Shown here piece after piece: positions 12,991 through 26,860 of a stretch of 64,000 nucleotides of DNA. This DNA is from Octopus vulgaris (taxonomy: Eukaryota). A program made the translations under genes and the position numbers. The stretch is from assembly GCA_951406725.2 (NCBI GenBank), contig OX597817.1:93248001-93312000 (forward strand), given 5' to 3'. Each line of letters begins with the position of its first letter. The stretch's first letter is position 1. A model generated the notes under the pieces. That model did not search any database, had not been told where the DNA came from, and saw only the letters and a program-made list of their open reading frames with translations.

Positions 12991-14498
12991 TACCATGCAA
13001 CATTGTACTTCATACACAAGCATCATACAATCTGTCCTTCATTCTGAGAATGAAACCCTTAATTAGCAGCAAATATTATAGCTTACACAAGTTTTTCCAT
13101 TCCATTCTTACTTTGGCTACTGTGAACCTTATGCAGTCACTTCCACTGCTTGTTTAGTCTTCTACATAACATAAGCTATTATCCACTTCAAGTAAGATGG
13201 GAAGTTTGGCTTCCCTTTACAAATACTGATAGGACACAGAAAATTAGTCTCTGTGTAACCCCACTACACCTCTTAAGAGCCCATAGTTTACATCGGGTAC
13301 ACTTTATGGAATTTCTACCTACTCTTTTTCTACATATTGAATACAGCCTTACACTATAAGACTGAAATAATTTTCTGATGCAATAGTTCTATAAATTTAA
13401 CAGTTTTGTGGTGTAGAGTTCAATTATTTATGACATGTTATCTTTTCAAAATCTGAATCAATATAGTAAGGGTGGATTGATCATTGCTCATGTGACCATA
13501 GAGTAACAATAATGTTATGTGAACTTTGATTAGTGGTTACTCTCTTTGATATCGAAGTTAAATTTTATATGGGCTATTAGCTGAAGAGGAATTACATTTA
13601 ATATTCTGGAGAAAAACAGATCAAAGTACATAAATCCATCTTGAACAATAAAGTCTCAACATCGGATATTGTTACAAATTAGCAAAGTCAGTTCAGTTTC
13701 ATAGCAGAGAGGATGAAGATTTGAATATTAACTGTCATGATAAGCCAGTTATGTTTTATGGATGGATGCTTGTCTTGTTGCTGATCCTTATTTGTTTTTC
13801 AAATAAAGAATTTCAAAAGCATAAAACTACAGAATGTAAATACAAACATCTCTCTCTCTCTCTCTCCCTCCCTCTGTTTCCCCCTCTCTTATTTTTTCGT
13901 AGACAAGCACCACTCACGCACACATACATACATCCTCCCACACAAAATGAGCTTTCGTTCACTTACCAACCAATTCCACTCACGGGACATTGGCTAGTCC
14001 AAGACTACCATCGCACACTGACCTTAATTCGTCTACATAGTCATGTTCTAATTCCGTTCAACTTGTCTTAGTGAAAGCCCCAAAATTTAAATGACAATTA
14101 TGAAAAGACAGATTCACGGCTGACTGCTGTTTTCTTATTGAAGTTGTGGAAAATAAATGCTATAGAAAATATTTCGTTCTTTAGACTGTCTTGTATTAAT
14201 TAGTGCATTACAGTCTTAGCACGATTCTATTGTTGAAACCCCCTTCACTAACTTAATCGTCTTGGTTGCTTTGTATTGCCACACGCTGCAGTTATTTCTA
14301 GTAAATTAGCTATCTTCATTGTTGCATATATTTCTCTGACAGATTTATATCTTTCGTGGAGTCTACATTAAACGTCAACACTCGTTTACTAACCACATCA
14401 CGACTTCTCCAGCAATTGTGTCAAGTGTTGTGTCAAAAAGAAGGCTAAGCAGAGGAAGTTGGATGAAAAACAGTTATTAATTAATAACAATTATAATA

Positions 14499-14594
14499 AT
14501 GGCGGGTCAGAAGGAAAGTGTCACTGTTGCTAAACCCCGACTTCCACACTGGTTCGTTGTTTTCTTCGTACCCATCTCTTTAACATTGTTATTT
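14499..14594 (+). CDS. TMEM254: TMEM254-like gene, coding exon 1 (MAGQKESVTVAKPRLPHWFVVFFVPISLTLLF)
   Basis: ATG at 14499, 32 open codons, and a GTAAGT donor at 14595 (phase 0). Hydrophobic segment resembles the TMEM254 N-terminus. Confidence 0.85.
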
Positions 14595-15419
14595 GTAAGT
14601 TTATCATTTTTCTCACTTCTCGTTCAAAATATAATTCTGAAGACACGATTGTTTTATTCAGTTTAACTGAGCAGGATGTGGGTGTGTGTTTACATTCTGC
14701 TGTAGTGCGTAAATAATTTGCAACTATCTAAATAGATTGCGATGAAAGTTGTAGTCAGGTTACAAACCGGCTTTAATTCACTTACGTCTCGAATACTTCT
14801 GGTGAAAGTTTGAAACCCATACTGTCTCCTCGCTACATTGTAAACATTCCATTTTGTTGATAGAAGATATTAGTATCTGAATTTATATCAAATTATCTTC
14901 TGGCTTTCAGTCTTAAGTTATTGTTATTTAGACCCAAGTCAGCCCTGATCGATCAGACATTTATGATCAAAGAGTTCTAACCGTGACCCTCCTACATTAT
15001 CTGTATCCTCCCCTTTAGGATAACGGATGTAATTTAACGGAAATTTGGCTGCTATTTCTAGATGCTGGAGTTACCACGCATAGGTGACTGGTGTTGAGCA
15101 AGTATTTATTCTTCATTGGAGTTGATGTTCAGTTCCATCTTACCAAACCGATTCTTACTGAGGCCGGCCATTCTTCATTGTAGTGCGTCATGTAGTTGTT
15201 CGAAATGCTAGAAATAGCGGTTAAATCGCCCTCAAATTATACCCATTAAGGGAAAGAGACAGACAGTGTAGTCTATATTCATAAAAAGACGGGATGGTCA
15301 TGACTTGAATCCTTTTGATTACATGCCCCCTCGAGCTGACTCTAAACGACTATAACTTAAACCTGAGAGACAAGATATTAATTAAGTATAAATTTTTATA
15401 TTAATATTTTTCCATAGAC

Positions 15420-16205
15420 TAAACGGATTACAAATCCAATGGGTTTGGATATGTGATCTTATGGTTAATATAAAGATTAACTCCCGTTACCGAAAATAAA
15501 AACAAAAATAAAACAGCCTGCTAGGTGTTAAAAACTGTGTGGAAAACGAATATAAAAAAATTGCGCAAACGAACTTGGGGGTGAGGAGAGGACTTTCGAA
15601 AAATTCACAAGATCCGATTTTTCCTCTCATAACTTCCAGGAAAATGGATATATATTCATGATTTTTTATAGAAATACCGTTCAAATTGCACAAATTATGA
15701 TTATAAAGACATTTCTGGGGAAAACTTTTTTCCGAAGGGGTGGAGAGAGGACTGTCGGAAAATTCACCCGATCCGTTTTTTTTCCCTCATAACTTTCAGA
15801 AAAATTGATATTTTTAAATGAAATTTAACAGAAACACCTTTCAAACAGCATAGATTACGATTATAAAGAAATTTGCAGGGAAAATGTTTTCCGAAGGGGT
15901 GGGGAAAGTTCACTGTCGGAAAGTTCACACGATCCGTTTTTTATCCCTCATAACTTTCAAGATCTTGTTTAGCGCCCGGTCAACAGAAGGTTTTTTTTTT
16001 CATCGGATTCCTATGTTTTCGATGACGGAGATTCCGAATATGCAAAAAAAAACATGTTTTCAAAAGTTTTATTCCCCCTCCCCAAATTTTAAATTTTTTT
16101 CGAAGTTTTTTCAATCTACGTGAAAAACAACGGAGATTAAGAATATGAGGTGGGGGGAACATTTTAATTTCAAATTTAATTTAAAACATTTTAATTTCAG
16201 ATTTA
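15420..16205. repeat. Non-coding element with ~160-bp internal tandem repeats (2.5 units), possibly Helitron/Helentron-derived
   Basis: The unit GGGGTG..ACTGTCGGAAAATTCAC..GATCCG..CTCATAACTT recurs at ~15577, 15737 and 15896. Confidence 0.65.
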
Positions 16206-16549
16206 TAGTGAAGCAGCAAAAGGATCGTGGTATGTGAAGTCCTCACCACCAAGGCTGATCTTGGGAGGTGCGGGGCCCAAAATTAAATATATGCAAACAT
16301 TGTATTTGTGCAACATTGTCCATTTTTTCCCGTCCTTGTTTTGTATACATTCGCTGCTTTCTTCCAAGGAATCTAATGCTCTTAGGTTAGTTTTTCCATG
16401 GGGCTGGCCAGATTGGAGCAATCTCATAATCAGCTAAAATTGCAAAGATAATCTGGTACTTGACTGAGGAAAGAAAACTTCGAATGACCTGTCTTTGTTT
16501 TCTTTGTATCGTCTATCTGGATGTTCAATTTTAAAATAATCACTCTTCA

Positions 16550-17820
16550 GGTCCAAAATAAAAACAATTAAATAATTAAATAAATATACATATATAATCA
16601 TGTAAGAAAATATAAATATATCTAAAAATATGTAATTTTACAATAAAAATCGAACAAAATACAATAATATATCATAAAATACAAACACAAAATATCTTAA
16701 CAAATATATTCTGTTAACTAAATCTTTAAACTTAATATATAGGACTTATTATTTATAAAATTTATCTCGTTAAAAACATGGTATAAATACAACTAGAATA
16801 AATAGATATAAATATTATATCTATGAAAAAAAATTTTAACTTATATAAGAAAAAATAAACTATAATATATCATTACTAGAAAATTCAAATACAAATGATT
16901 AAACAAAATATTTAAAACAAAATAAAATAAATATATATATGAAATACAAAATATACGTTAAGTGAAACTAAAATACTATAATTTAATCTATATACATTAA
17001 ATTAATTAATTTATTTATTTATTTATTTAATAAACATCTAAGTTAAATCTTATTCTAATTAAGTAATATATACTAGAAAAAAGAAAAACTTCATGCTAAC
17101 TTATATACATAATGCTACTACAAACTATGACTACAAGAATTAAAAATAGAAAATGGTTCAAATATATACACACTTATTAGTTAAACTTACTATATTATTA
17201 ATTTATATATATTATATATAGATTTAATATTACACTCACTTATTGAATTAACCAAAATATCAATTAATATTAAAAGTATTTACTTAAATGTAATACTACG
17301 TAACAAATAAAACTCCTAACTATTAGATAATATTTTGTCTCACAAAACTATTTCACAAAGTAAATTATATGTAATACTTTAATTCACAATATTATAATAA
17401 TAATAATAATAATAATAATGATAATTAAATAAATATACATATCTTAACTAATAATTATCAAGAAACAATATATAAATTAATATTTTAACAATAATAATCA
17501 AACAATTCAATTCAAAAATTAAATAATATTGTTATATAAATACGTTACTTATCTTATCGAAGAACATTTTATAACATTTTATATATATATATATATATAC
17601 ATATAAAATACACTTTATTGAAATAAAAAAGCTTCCCCAAAATTGAACATATTTATAGAAACTGACACACACAAACATACGCACACATATATACATGCAA
17701 TTCATCTGCATACATACTCTCTCAGACACACAAATATTTTACCCAAACATCCCCATAAACACTCCCAAACATTCACATACAAACATACATATTGACCCTT
17801 ACACTAAAAATACAATAAAT
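16550..17820. other. Extremely A/T-rich, G-depleted non-coding segment
   Basis: Many 60-nt lines carry only a few G, the borders are abrupt, and there is no credible ORF. Confidence 0.7.
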
Positions 17821-18349
17821 TTCTTCAAATTCTGATCCAAGCAGTTTTGGATGAATGGGTTTATCTTTGGATATCTTGTGTAGAAAGTATGTTTTTTTTT
17901 GTTTTGTTTTTTTATAGACCATGTAAATTATTTTAAAAGGCTTTAGGAAGATCACTTTTATGAAATGTTGCAGTATAGAATGTGAGCTCTTGAGCATAAG
18001 GCCCGATTGGGAGCAATCACTCCAATCAGCCTAAGGCTGGCCCAGCTCACCACAAAACTCAATATGCTAAAAATAACAACTAAATGTCTGGAGAACTTTT
18101 GTGTTTGTGTGTGTGTGCATGTAACAATTTCTACAGCTTATTCGAATGAACAGAGAAAGAAGTACACAAAATATATTTGACATACCTGTCATATATGTCG
18201 GTTATTTTCTTTTCGCTTTAAAGGTAAACGATTCTGATAGAAGCTTACTGTCAATTCAGTGGATTAATCCCAACAAAATACTACAAGTTTAGTCACTGGC
18301 TCAGCACCTATGTTTATGTTCTTCATTCCAAAATAGTAAAAACATAATA

Positions 18350-18735
18350 GGCACAGGAGTAGCTGTGTGGTAAGAAGCTTGCTTCCCAACCACACAGTTC
18401 CAGGTTCAGTCCCACTGTGTGGCACCTTTGGCAAGTATCTTCCACTGCAGCCTCGGGCCGACCAAAGCCTTGTGAGTAGATTTGGTAGACGGAAGCTGAA
18501 AGAAGCCCATTGTATGTGTGTGTGTGTGTATTTGTGTGTTTGTCCCCCCTGCCATCACGAGACAACCAATGTTGGGGTGTTTATGTCCCGGTAACTTAGC
18601 AGTTCAGCAGAAGGGGATGATAGAATAAGTACTAGGCTTACAATGAATGAGTCCTGGGATTGATTTGTTCAACTAAAGGCAGTGCTCCAGCGTGGCCGCA
18701 GTCAAATGACTGAAACAAGTAAAAAAATAAAAGAA
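18350..18735 (+). mobile_element. tRNA-derived SINE, full length
   Basis: A-box-like TAGCTGTGTGG, B-box-like GGTTCAGTCCC, internal (TG)n and tail GTCAAATGACTGAAACAAGTAAA. Many copies in the window. Confidence 0.85.
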
Positions 18736-19596
18736 TAACACTTCCAAAATGGACTTCATCTATGTGTATCTGCGTGCGTGTTGTATCCGCATGCAGGTGT
18801 GTGTTGGTGTTGTTGTGCAAGAAAAACATTTATGGAAATGTACTCTATTAAAATAAGTTATCTTTATATGCCATGTTTGCAATTCTCCATATAAATGATA
18901 GCAAAGTGTGTATCAAATGAAATGAAAATCCTGGTTCAATGACAGATTGATCAAGTTACTAAAGTTTTAATGTTGTTGGTAACAACATACTGTAAATCTT
19001 CGAGTATAGTCCGCCCTTGAGCATAATACGCAGGGGATTTTTAGGGAGATGTACCTCTGAAAAACCTAAACCTTGTGTATAATACGCACCCCTTCTCTAA
19101 CTTGAGTCGTGCGTAATTAAGCCAGCAGTACCTAGTCGAACAAACACTTCCACGCATGTGTAATATAATAATGGTGATGTTCTTAACTGTTATATGGGAA
19201 TGTAAATATGTTTGCAAATTGTTTTTGTTACATGTTATTGTTTGTTCTGAATACTTTTATTTTAATTGCATGCTAAGTTCTTTGCTGAATTCTATGCTCT
19301 CACCTTGCTAGCAGCATCAGTGTACATGCCTCTCATAGACTATTCATTTACAACTAATTTTCTTAGCAACTATCAGATGATAGAGCACAGTATTCTGTAA
19401 AAGCATTCTCCTTATCATTGAATGCTATGATTGCTCTTTGCTAAGAAATTTTCCTTCATGTAATTTTCTGGCCATTGGGTATAACCCCTTCTGATCAGCT
19501 ATGTGAATGACTAGTACATACCTTACATTGCCAGATATTTTCAGCATTTCAGCAACTATTTCTGCCTTCATATTTAATATTTACTTTGTCTGTATA

Positions 19597-20887
19597 CAAG
19601 GGGGTACCCAAAAGTAACCAAAAACATTCTCTATGGGGCATGCCAGTTGTATTTTAGACTTCCACCACTAGAATCCACTGGATGTGACCCTCAGGCATCA
19701 GTCTGCCAACTGGCATTATCAAATGAAATCATATTGCCATGTGATGCATCTTTGCTTTGCAGTGCTTCTCTCCTGTTCATCAATTTTTGCGATGGCTGAA
19801 ACAAAGGAACAGCATGCTTCCATGAAATTCTGTTTTCTGCTGGGAAAAATGATGGCTGAAACAGTTGTCATGCTTCAAACAGCTTACAAGGATGCTGCCA
19901 TGAGCAAAATACAAGTTTAAGAATGGTTTCTATGCTTTAGGAATGGTCACTTGTTGCTTAAGACCAACCTTGTTCAGGGCAACTGGTGGTGACCTCCCAA
20001 ATGAATGAAAACATTATGAAAATTCATGAACTAATTTTGGAGGACTGTTGATGAACAGTTGATGAACTTGTTGATATAACTGGTTTGTACTGGAGCTCCT
20101 GCAAACGAATTTTGAGTGAGGAATTGTGAATGAAAAGAGTTGAAGCAAAATTTGTGCCTTGCTTGCTCATGGAAGATCAAAAGCAGTCACAATTCAATAT
20201 GTGTTGTGAACTGAAAAAGAGTTGGAAGTTGATCCAAACATTTTTTCAAAGGTCATCTCTGGTGATGAAAGCTGATGTTATGGCTACAACCCAGAAATAA
20301 AGCAGCAATCAAGTCAATGGAAACATTCAATATCACCACACCCCCAAAAAGTGCATCAAATGAAGTCCAATGTAAAGACAATGCTGATTTGTTTCATCAG
20401 TACAAAAGAAAATGTCAACACAAAATTTGTTCCTCCTAGTTAAACCGTTAGCCAGACAATTCTGAAGTGTTTGCAAGACATGGCCCCAACCTGTGACAAA
20501 GTGGAGAGTGGTGGTTTCATCACAACAATGTGCCCGTGCACATCGCCTTGAGTATGAAACAATTTTTGTCCAAAAATGGCATGACCCCACTTACCCACCT
20601 TCCCTATTCCCCCAGTTTTCCTCCTTGTGACTTTTTTTTGTTCCCCTGAATGAAAAAAGTCCTTAAAGGAAAGCATTTTGCAGATATGGAAGGGGTGAAG
20701 ATAAAAAATGATGGAGGCATTAAAAGGCATCACTTTGCAAGAGTTCTAGGACTGCTTTGAACTGGAAAATGTGTCTGGACCGATGCATTGTTTGAAATGG
20801 AGAATACTTTGAAGACAATAAAAGTGTAAACATGTAAGTGTATGAAATAATATTGCAAATTTCCAGTTTCTTTTGGGTACCCTCTTG
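19597..20887 (+). mobile_element. Mariner transposon, full length but dead
   Basis: Terminal inverted repeats CAAGGGGGTACCCAAAAG / CTTTTGGGTACCCTCTTG. Transposase remnants KFCFLLGK..AETVVMLQ, SGDES and CDFFLFP. Confidence 0.9.
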
Positions 20888-20949
20888 TTTATAACTGTTA
20901 ATTTCAATTGCTGATTTCTGTGTTAACCTGGAAAAATTCTCTCCTTCTC

Positions 20950-20998
<49 letters not shown>

Positions 20999-21209
20999 AC
21001 TCACTCTCTATCTCCTCACTCTTTCACTCTCTCCCTCCCCATTCTGCAAGCTCTTGTAAATACATTTTCGTCTATCCTTCTTTCTTCTTGGCATCAGATG
21101 AGACAACATTCAACAACTTTGCTTTAAATAATTCCCTTACATTTCACAATATCTTTCATCATTTAAGACATATAATCAGGTAACAACTTTTTCTTATCTT
21201 CTAACCCAG

Positions 21210-21310
21210 ATCAGCTACTTTAACCCAGCAATACTTCCATACCAACACCTTGGTTTGTTTGGAGATTTTTTGAGATACATTGTGAAGCAGCAGACTTTTC
21301 TTTTTTGTCT
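21210..21310 (+). CDS. TMEM254: TMEM254-like gene, coding exon 2 (ISYFNPAILPYQHLGLFGDFLRYIVKQQTFLFC)
   Basis: Pyrimidine tract plus CAG acceptor, 101 nt, GTAAGT donor. PYQHLGLFG resembles the TMEM254 PYQNLGPLG motif. Phase 0 to phase 2. Confidence 0.9.
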
Positions 21311-22199
21311 GTAAGTAATATATTTTATCTTATTTATCCAGACCTAACTAACACTCATCTTCCTTGCCACTCTCTACAAAATGATGCACTTAACTCTGTC
21401 CAATCTGGAAAATTCTCAAGCTTTTTGGCATGCCTCCAAAGATCACAAGCTCACAGTGCTGAGAGTTGCAGGTGGGTGAACTGGAAGGACTCTGACTGGT
21501 TCCCCATCAACAGTGGGGTCAGACATCTGAATTCCAAGGTCTGTGAGCAAGCCTCTGGTGTTACCTTCAGGAACTACTACCTTACCGAAATGGAGTATGA
21601 AGCAGATAAGAAGCAAGCACCCACCCTTGTACTTTACTTACTGCTGACATCAGTCTACAGATGTTCAAGTTGAGTTATTGATATCAACTAGTTTACTTAA
21701 AGTAGGTTGGAATATTAAATGATTAACCTAATATGGATTTGGATATCACATGAATGTGTAATATATATATATATGAAAGTTCTAGACAGGGATGATGGAA
21801 TACCCAATGTATGGACATGCTAACACCTATATATATATATATAAATTAGGTGAAGTAACAAATTAGCCAAAGACGAATTAGGCTAATTCTACTGTATTAC
21901 TGTTAACTAATAAATCTTACTCTGTCAGATTAATTATTTTTTAATGTGGAAGAACTGACTGATCATATGGTTAATTTGAAACATTTAATGACCATTCTAA
22001 TGCAATCAATGTTTTTTTTTTTTTGTAATGAGATTTCAATTCAAGTGAAAATTTATGTCTTGTGCAATATTATTTACAACTTCATATTTTATTGTTTGTA
22101 CTTGATACATCTTAAAATGATTATTTTAATCGTATTTCTCAAAAGATGTGATTTTGAAAGAAAATTTTTTAAATTTATTTTTGATTATTTTTGTACTAT

Positions 22200-22288
22200 G
22201 TTCGGCACCTTGGGCAAGTGTCTTCTACTATAGCCTCAGGCTGACCAAAGCCTTGTGAGTGGATTTGGTAGTTGAAAGAAGCTCGTCG

Positions 22289-22319
<31 letters not shown>

Positions 22320-22546
22320 GTATGTATATATATGTTTGTGTGTCTGTGTTTGTCCCCTCAACATTGCCTGACAAGCGATGCTGGTGTATTTATGTCCCTG
22401 TAACTTAGCAGTTCAGCAAAAGAGACCAATAGAATAAGTATTAGGCTTACAAAGAATAAGTCCTGGGGTAGATTTGCTTGACTAAAAGGTGGTGCTCCAG
22501 CATGGCCACAGTCAACTGACTGAAACAATTAAAAGAGTAAAAGAGT
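22200..22546 (+). mobile_element. SINE copy, 5'-truncated
   Basis: Same body and tail as 18350-18735. Confidence 0.85.
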
Positions 22547-22867
22547 ATGTTTTTCAATTCTCATAATAAATAAAATGAATTATCTCAAATTTACCTAATA
22601 TAATATATTTTGATTTTAAAAATGTTATTCTCGGCTGCAATATTTTAAGTACCGTAGAATCTTAATTTTAAGTACTTTTTAGTTTCCTTTAGAGGTAACA
22701 AATTAGGCAAATTCTACTGTGGAAATCTTGTTCTGTACTTTTCCAGGTGTAATAGCTTAAGAATATTAACATGCATGTGCCCACATTTTTCATTGTATTT
22801 CACTTTTTTTCCAGGCAGTGCAATAAAACTAATAAATATTCTTTTGTTAAAAAATATTTAAATTATT

Positions 22868-23439
22868 GGATCTTTTCAAATTTGTGGCCAGGACCCCAGA
22901 TCTTTCTAGTTAACTAAATAATTTGAAACTTTGTGTACTCATAGAGTGGAACTAGTTTATTCGCCAGTTGGAACTAGTTTATTTGAGAAAAATCTATTTT
23001 ATGACTTTAATCGTAGATTAAAACTGCGAATTTTAACCAATGAGATTGCTTGTTTTCATATCTAAAACGTTACTGCGATCTGTTAGTGTGACGTTGAAAG
23101 CAGTTTTGTGACGTAGTTGAAGACGGCTTATAAGCACGTCTGCTATTTCTAAAAAGCTTTGTGTGTGGTAAAGTAATTTTTTTACTTTACCATATTTTTA
23201 TAAATTATATCGGAGAATCCATATTTTTATAAATTATATCGGAGAATCCATATTTTTATAACATATATCGGAGAATCCATGTGATTTTTCGTTGTTTTTC
23301 TCTTATACATATGTGAATTATTTCTGAGTATGCATTGTCTGGGAGACTTTTTCTTGCAGTTGAGAAATTTTTGGCTGCTATTTCTAAAAAGCTCGGTGTG
23401 TGGTTAAGTAATTTTTTTACTTTACCATATTTTTATAAA

Positions 23440-23476
<37 letters not shown>

Positions 23477-24039
23477 TTACTCGGTGTATGTGTATATGTA
23501 TGTCTGCACGTGTGTGTGTGTGTGTAAGTATGTGTAAAAAATTACATTGAATCGGCCATACATACATACATACATACACATACACAGATACATACACACA
23601 TACATTCAGGCATATACACATACACCGAGTAAAAAATTTCAGTTATCTCTCTCTTTCCACATTACTCTCTCTGTCTCTTCACACACACTGCACTTCACTT
23701 ACACAACATACTGTCTCCACACCCCATCAAACACACACACACAACATGTACATCAATTATTAGAAGGTGGCTGACTATAGCTTGTTTACATTTAAGATGT
23801 TTAATACGTCACGAAATTGGTGGTCGAGACGGAGTAAATAAAATAAAGCTGAATGACGGAATATCATTGGTTAAAATTCTAATTATTAAACAACGTTAAA
23901 CTTAGAAGTTACAATTCCGTTTTCATTCTGGTTTACAATTAAGTTTACTTTTGACACATTCTACCAGTATACGAAGTTTCAAATTGTTTGGTTCAGTAGG
24001 AAAAATTTGAAAAAACTGGCTTCAGAATAGAAAAGATCC
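22868..24039. mobile_element. Non-autonomous DNA transposon (Merlin-like termini) with an 8-bp TSD
   Basis: Ends GGATCTTTTC...GAAAAGATCC, flanked by AAATTATT on both sides. Internal 29-bp tandem repeats at ~23190-23280. Confidence 0.75.
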
Positions 24040-24332
24040 AAATTATTTTCATTGTTGATGATTGAATTAAAATAAGAATTTTATGTTGTGTTTTTTTAAT
24101 TTTCACATATTTTTCTTAAATTCTAAAACGGAGAAAAAGTTATCTGGACAGGGTTTTGTTGCATTAGCTAATATAAAATTGATTTTAAAAATGCAAAAAT
24201 AGCCAATGCACTGTAAGGCAGGCAGAGCCATTTGCCCTTGTAAGGGCAAAGTTAGTTTGTTAGTCGAAATACATGCAATATAAAAATAAAGCCTGCGATT
24301 CAGCTACTGTCAACTTGCCTGAAAATAAAAAA

Positions 24333-24782
24333 GGAAAGACTTCCTCCCCCTTTTCTCGCAAATTATTGTTTTTTTATAAATTTTTTTTTGCCAAAACCCA
24401 CCTTTTCAGATACAGAGATTCTGGAAAATTGCCAAAAATTGGAATTTTGAAATTTTTTGTCCACCCTTACTCCTTCCCCAACAATTTCATTTTTCACTTT
24501 TTTCCATAACCCTAACCCTAATCCTAAAACCCTAACCCTAAGTAGAAAAATTTTTGTGAATTTTTTTCAGAATCGTATAATTTCTGTATTTTTCTGCATA
24601 TTTTTCCACATATTTTGAAAAAAAAAATTTCTGTAAAAAGTTAAAGAAATGAAGAATTGGGGGAGAAGCAATTTCAAAATGCCAATTTTTTCGCAAATTC
24701 ATATTCTCCGTAGCCAAAAATAGGGATTTGTGTAGAAAAAATTAAATAAAAAAGGGGGGTGGATACAAAAGGAAGTCTTGCC
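24333..24782. mobile_element. MITE with GG termini, an 8-bp TSD and internal telomere-like CCCTAA repeats
   Basis: GGAAAGACTTCCT...AGGAAGTCTTGCC with ATAAAAAA on both sides. (CCCTAA)-like run at ~24507-24541. Confidence 0.7.
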
Positions 24783-25473
24783 ATAAAAAAATCATCAGAA
24801 TCCTGCTACTCTCAAAATCCAGTCATACTATCTGAAAGGAAAAACCTTGTCAATTTACCCTAAGAAATAATAATTCTACTACTCTTAATACTGAATTAAA
24901 GTTTATAAGCAAACAAAAGTTTTATTAAAACTTCAGTTCTTACATCGTAATGCTTTGCTTTCATTTGTTTAATAAAGATTCCTCCTCATATAATGATTTT
25001 GCTTTCATTTTGTGCAGAAAAATGCCAGCTTGTAAATCCTGTTTGCTGATTAGGTGAAAATTATTAAACTTTAAACCTCAGTAACATTTTTCTGCAATAT
25101 GTACATACAGCAATATGTATGTATGTATGTATTTACCTACCTATGTATGTGCATGTGTCTTTGTTTTTATTTACGATGGACAGTAGAAAAGAGTTCACTT
25201 GTCATCAATTGTTGTCAACTTATCCCTTCTCTCCTTAAAGCTACGTATTCATCACACTCACCTTTGTTTCTCCCTTCATGGGCATTTTAAAAGTTACTTA
25301 TGTACATGTGTGTAGACAGAGACAGACAAAATGCTGCAAAGAATGTAGAGACAGACAAAATGCTGTGAAGCTTTCACCCAACGTGTTAACAACTCTGCTA
25401 GCTCGTCATCTTAGTAGTGTAATAAGTAATAATATTACTTTAAAATTGTTTTACGTACTTTTGGCACAGCTTA

Positions 25474-25980
25474 TACTAGCAGTATAGCCCGGCTTTGCCT
25501 GGGATTAAGTTAGGATTATTAAGCTAATCAAGTTCTTTATTTCAAATCAAACTAAGTAACATCAACGTCAAATTTAGGCGAAATCCGTTGAAATTGGTAA
25601 ACTTTTGGCTGAAAATAAGTTGCAGACAACTTGATTGGGTAATCTCATAAGGAATTGATTTATCGATCTTTTCCACTCATCAATTTTGCTTTCTCTTTTT
25701 TGGAGAACTTAAAGCATTGAAAGATCCCATGAGTCCTAAGTAATGCTGGCATCAAGTTTAAACAAAATAATACATCAAAATTGGTAAAAGTTATGGTTGA
25801 AAATGGGGTGTAGCCAATTTTATAGGAAAATCCTGTAAGGAATCAGTTTATCGATTTTTTTTTTATCCTGATTAAATGTAAAACCCCATAAGGAATTAAT
25901 TTATTGATTTTTCACCCCAAATAGGACTTAACTGAACACAATATTGCTGATTCAAAAACATCTATATTTATACTTTAATG
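25474..25980 (+). mobile_element. Non-autonomous Helentron/HINE-like fragment
   Basis: Starts TACTAGCAG..CCCGGC..GCCTGGG. A similar start is at 43481. Matching 3'-type ends (CACAC..TTTTATATATATAGAT) are at ~27040 and ~50072. Confidence 0.5.
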
Positions 25981-26196
25981 TTGGTTTTCACACCCAACCC
26001 AGTTCTGCAGAATCAGTGTCACGACAGGAGTGCATGGGTTGGGAGTTTGATCGGCAGAGGTGATCAGGTTGCATATGTCAGCCCTTTGAAAACACTACAC
26101 CCATCATCTAACCCCACTTTGCCCATGGGTTGGGAACTATTCCAGCAAGAAAAATCTGTCAGAAGCAGTTATATTCAGACCACAACTAAGTCTTAA

Positions 26197-26245
<49 letters not shown>

Positions 26246-26480
26246 TATATATATGGGCAACACACACACGTACATACGTACACCTCTTGCGTGTATGTTT
26301 TTTTTATGCATACATGTTCGTGCGTGTGTGTGTGTATGTTGCCCGTATATCAACAAAACACTTTTTTCCTCGATGGAAAAAACAACAAAAGTCTTAACAG
26401 AAACTTACTCGTGGCTAGGAGGGGACTTAACTCCTGTTTGTAAACAATGGTGATTTCTCCAACATGAAAATTGTTAAAAG

Positions 26481-26860
26481 ATTTTACTCTTTTACTTGTT
26501 TCAGTCATTTGACTGTGGCCATGCTGGAGCACCGCCTTTAGTCAAGCAAATCAACCCAAGGGCTTTTTCTTTGTAAGCCTAGTACTTATTCTATTGGTGT
26601 CTTTCACCGAACCACTAAGTTACAGGGACGTAAACACACCAGCATCGGTTGTCAAGTGATGTTGGGGGTACAAACACACACACATATTCTTCTATACATA
26701 TATATAATGGGCTTCTTTCAGTTTCCGTCTACCAGATCCACTCACAAGGCTTTGGTCGGCCTGAGGCTATAGTAGAAGACACTTGCCCTAGGTGCCATGC
26801 AGTGGGACTGAATCTGGAACCATGTGGTTGGTAAGCAAGCTACTTAGCACACAGCCATGG
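26481..26860 (-). mobile_element. SINE copy, reverse orientation
   Basis: Reverse complement of the 18350 family. Confidence 0.85.

Noticed and set aside
16460-16495. CTGAGGA...CGAATGACCTGTC as a hammerhead
   Set aside because: GAAT instead of GAAA, and no stem I pairing.
16550-16680. Mitochondrial 16S rRNA-like words (ATCATGTAAG, TCGAACA)
   Set aside because: Spacing is wrong and no other conserved rRNA blocks are visible.
18137-18223. 87-nt open AG...GT segment as an extra TMEM254 exon
   Set aside because: No resemblance to the family, and the four-exon model is already complete. It cannot be excluded as a minor cassette exon without RNA data.
18350-18425. tRNA gene
   Set aside because: The A/B-box-like head belongs to a multi-copy SINE, and no full cloverleaf is present.
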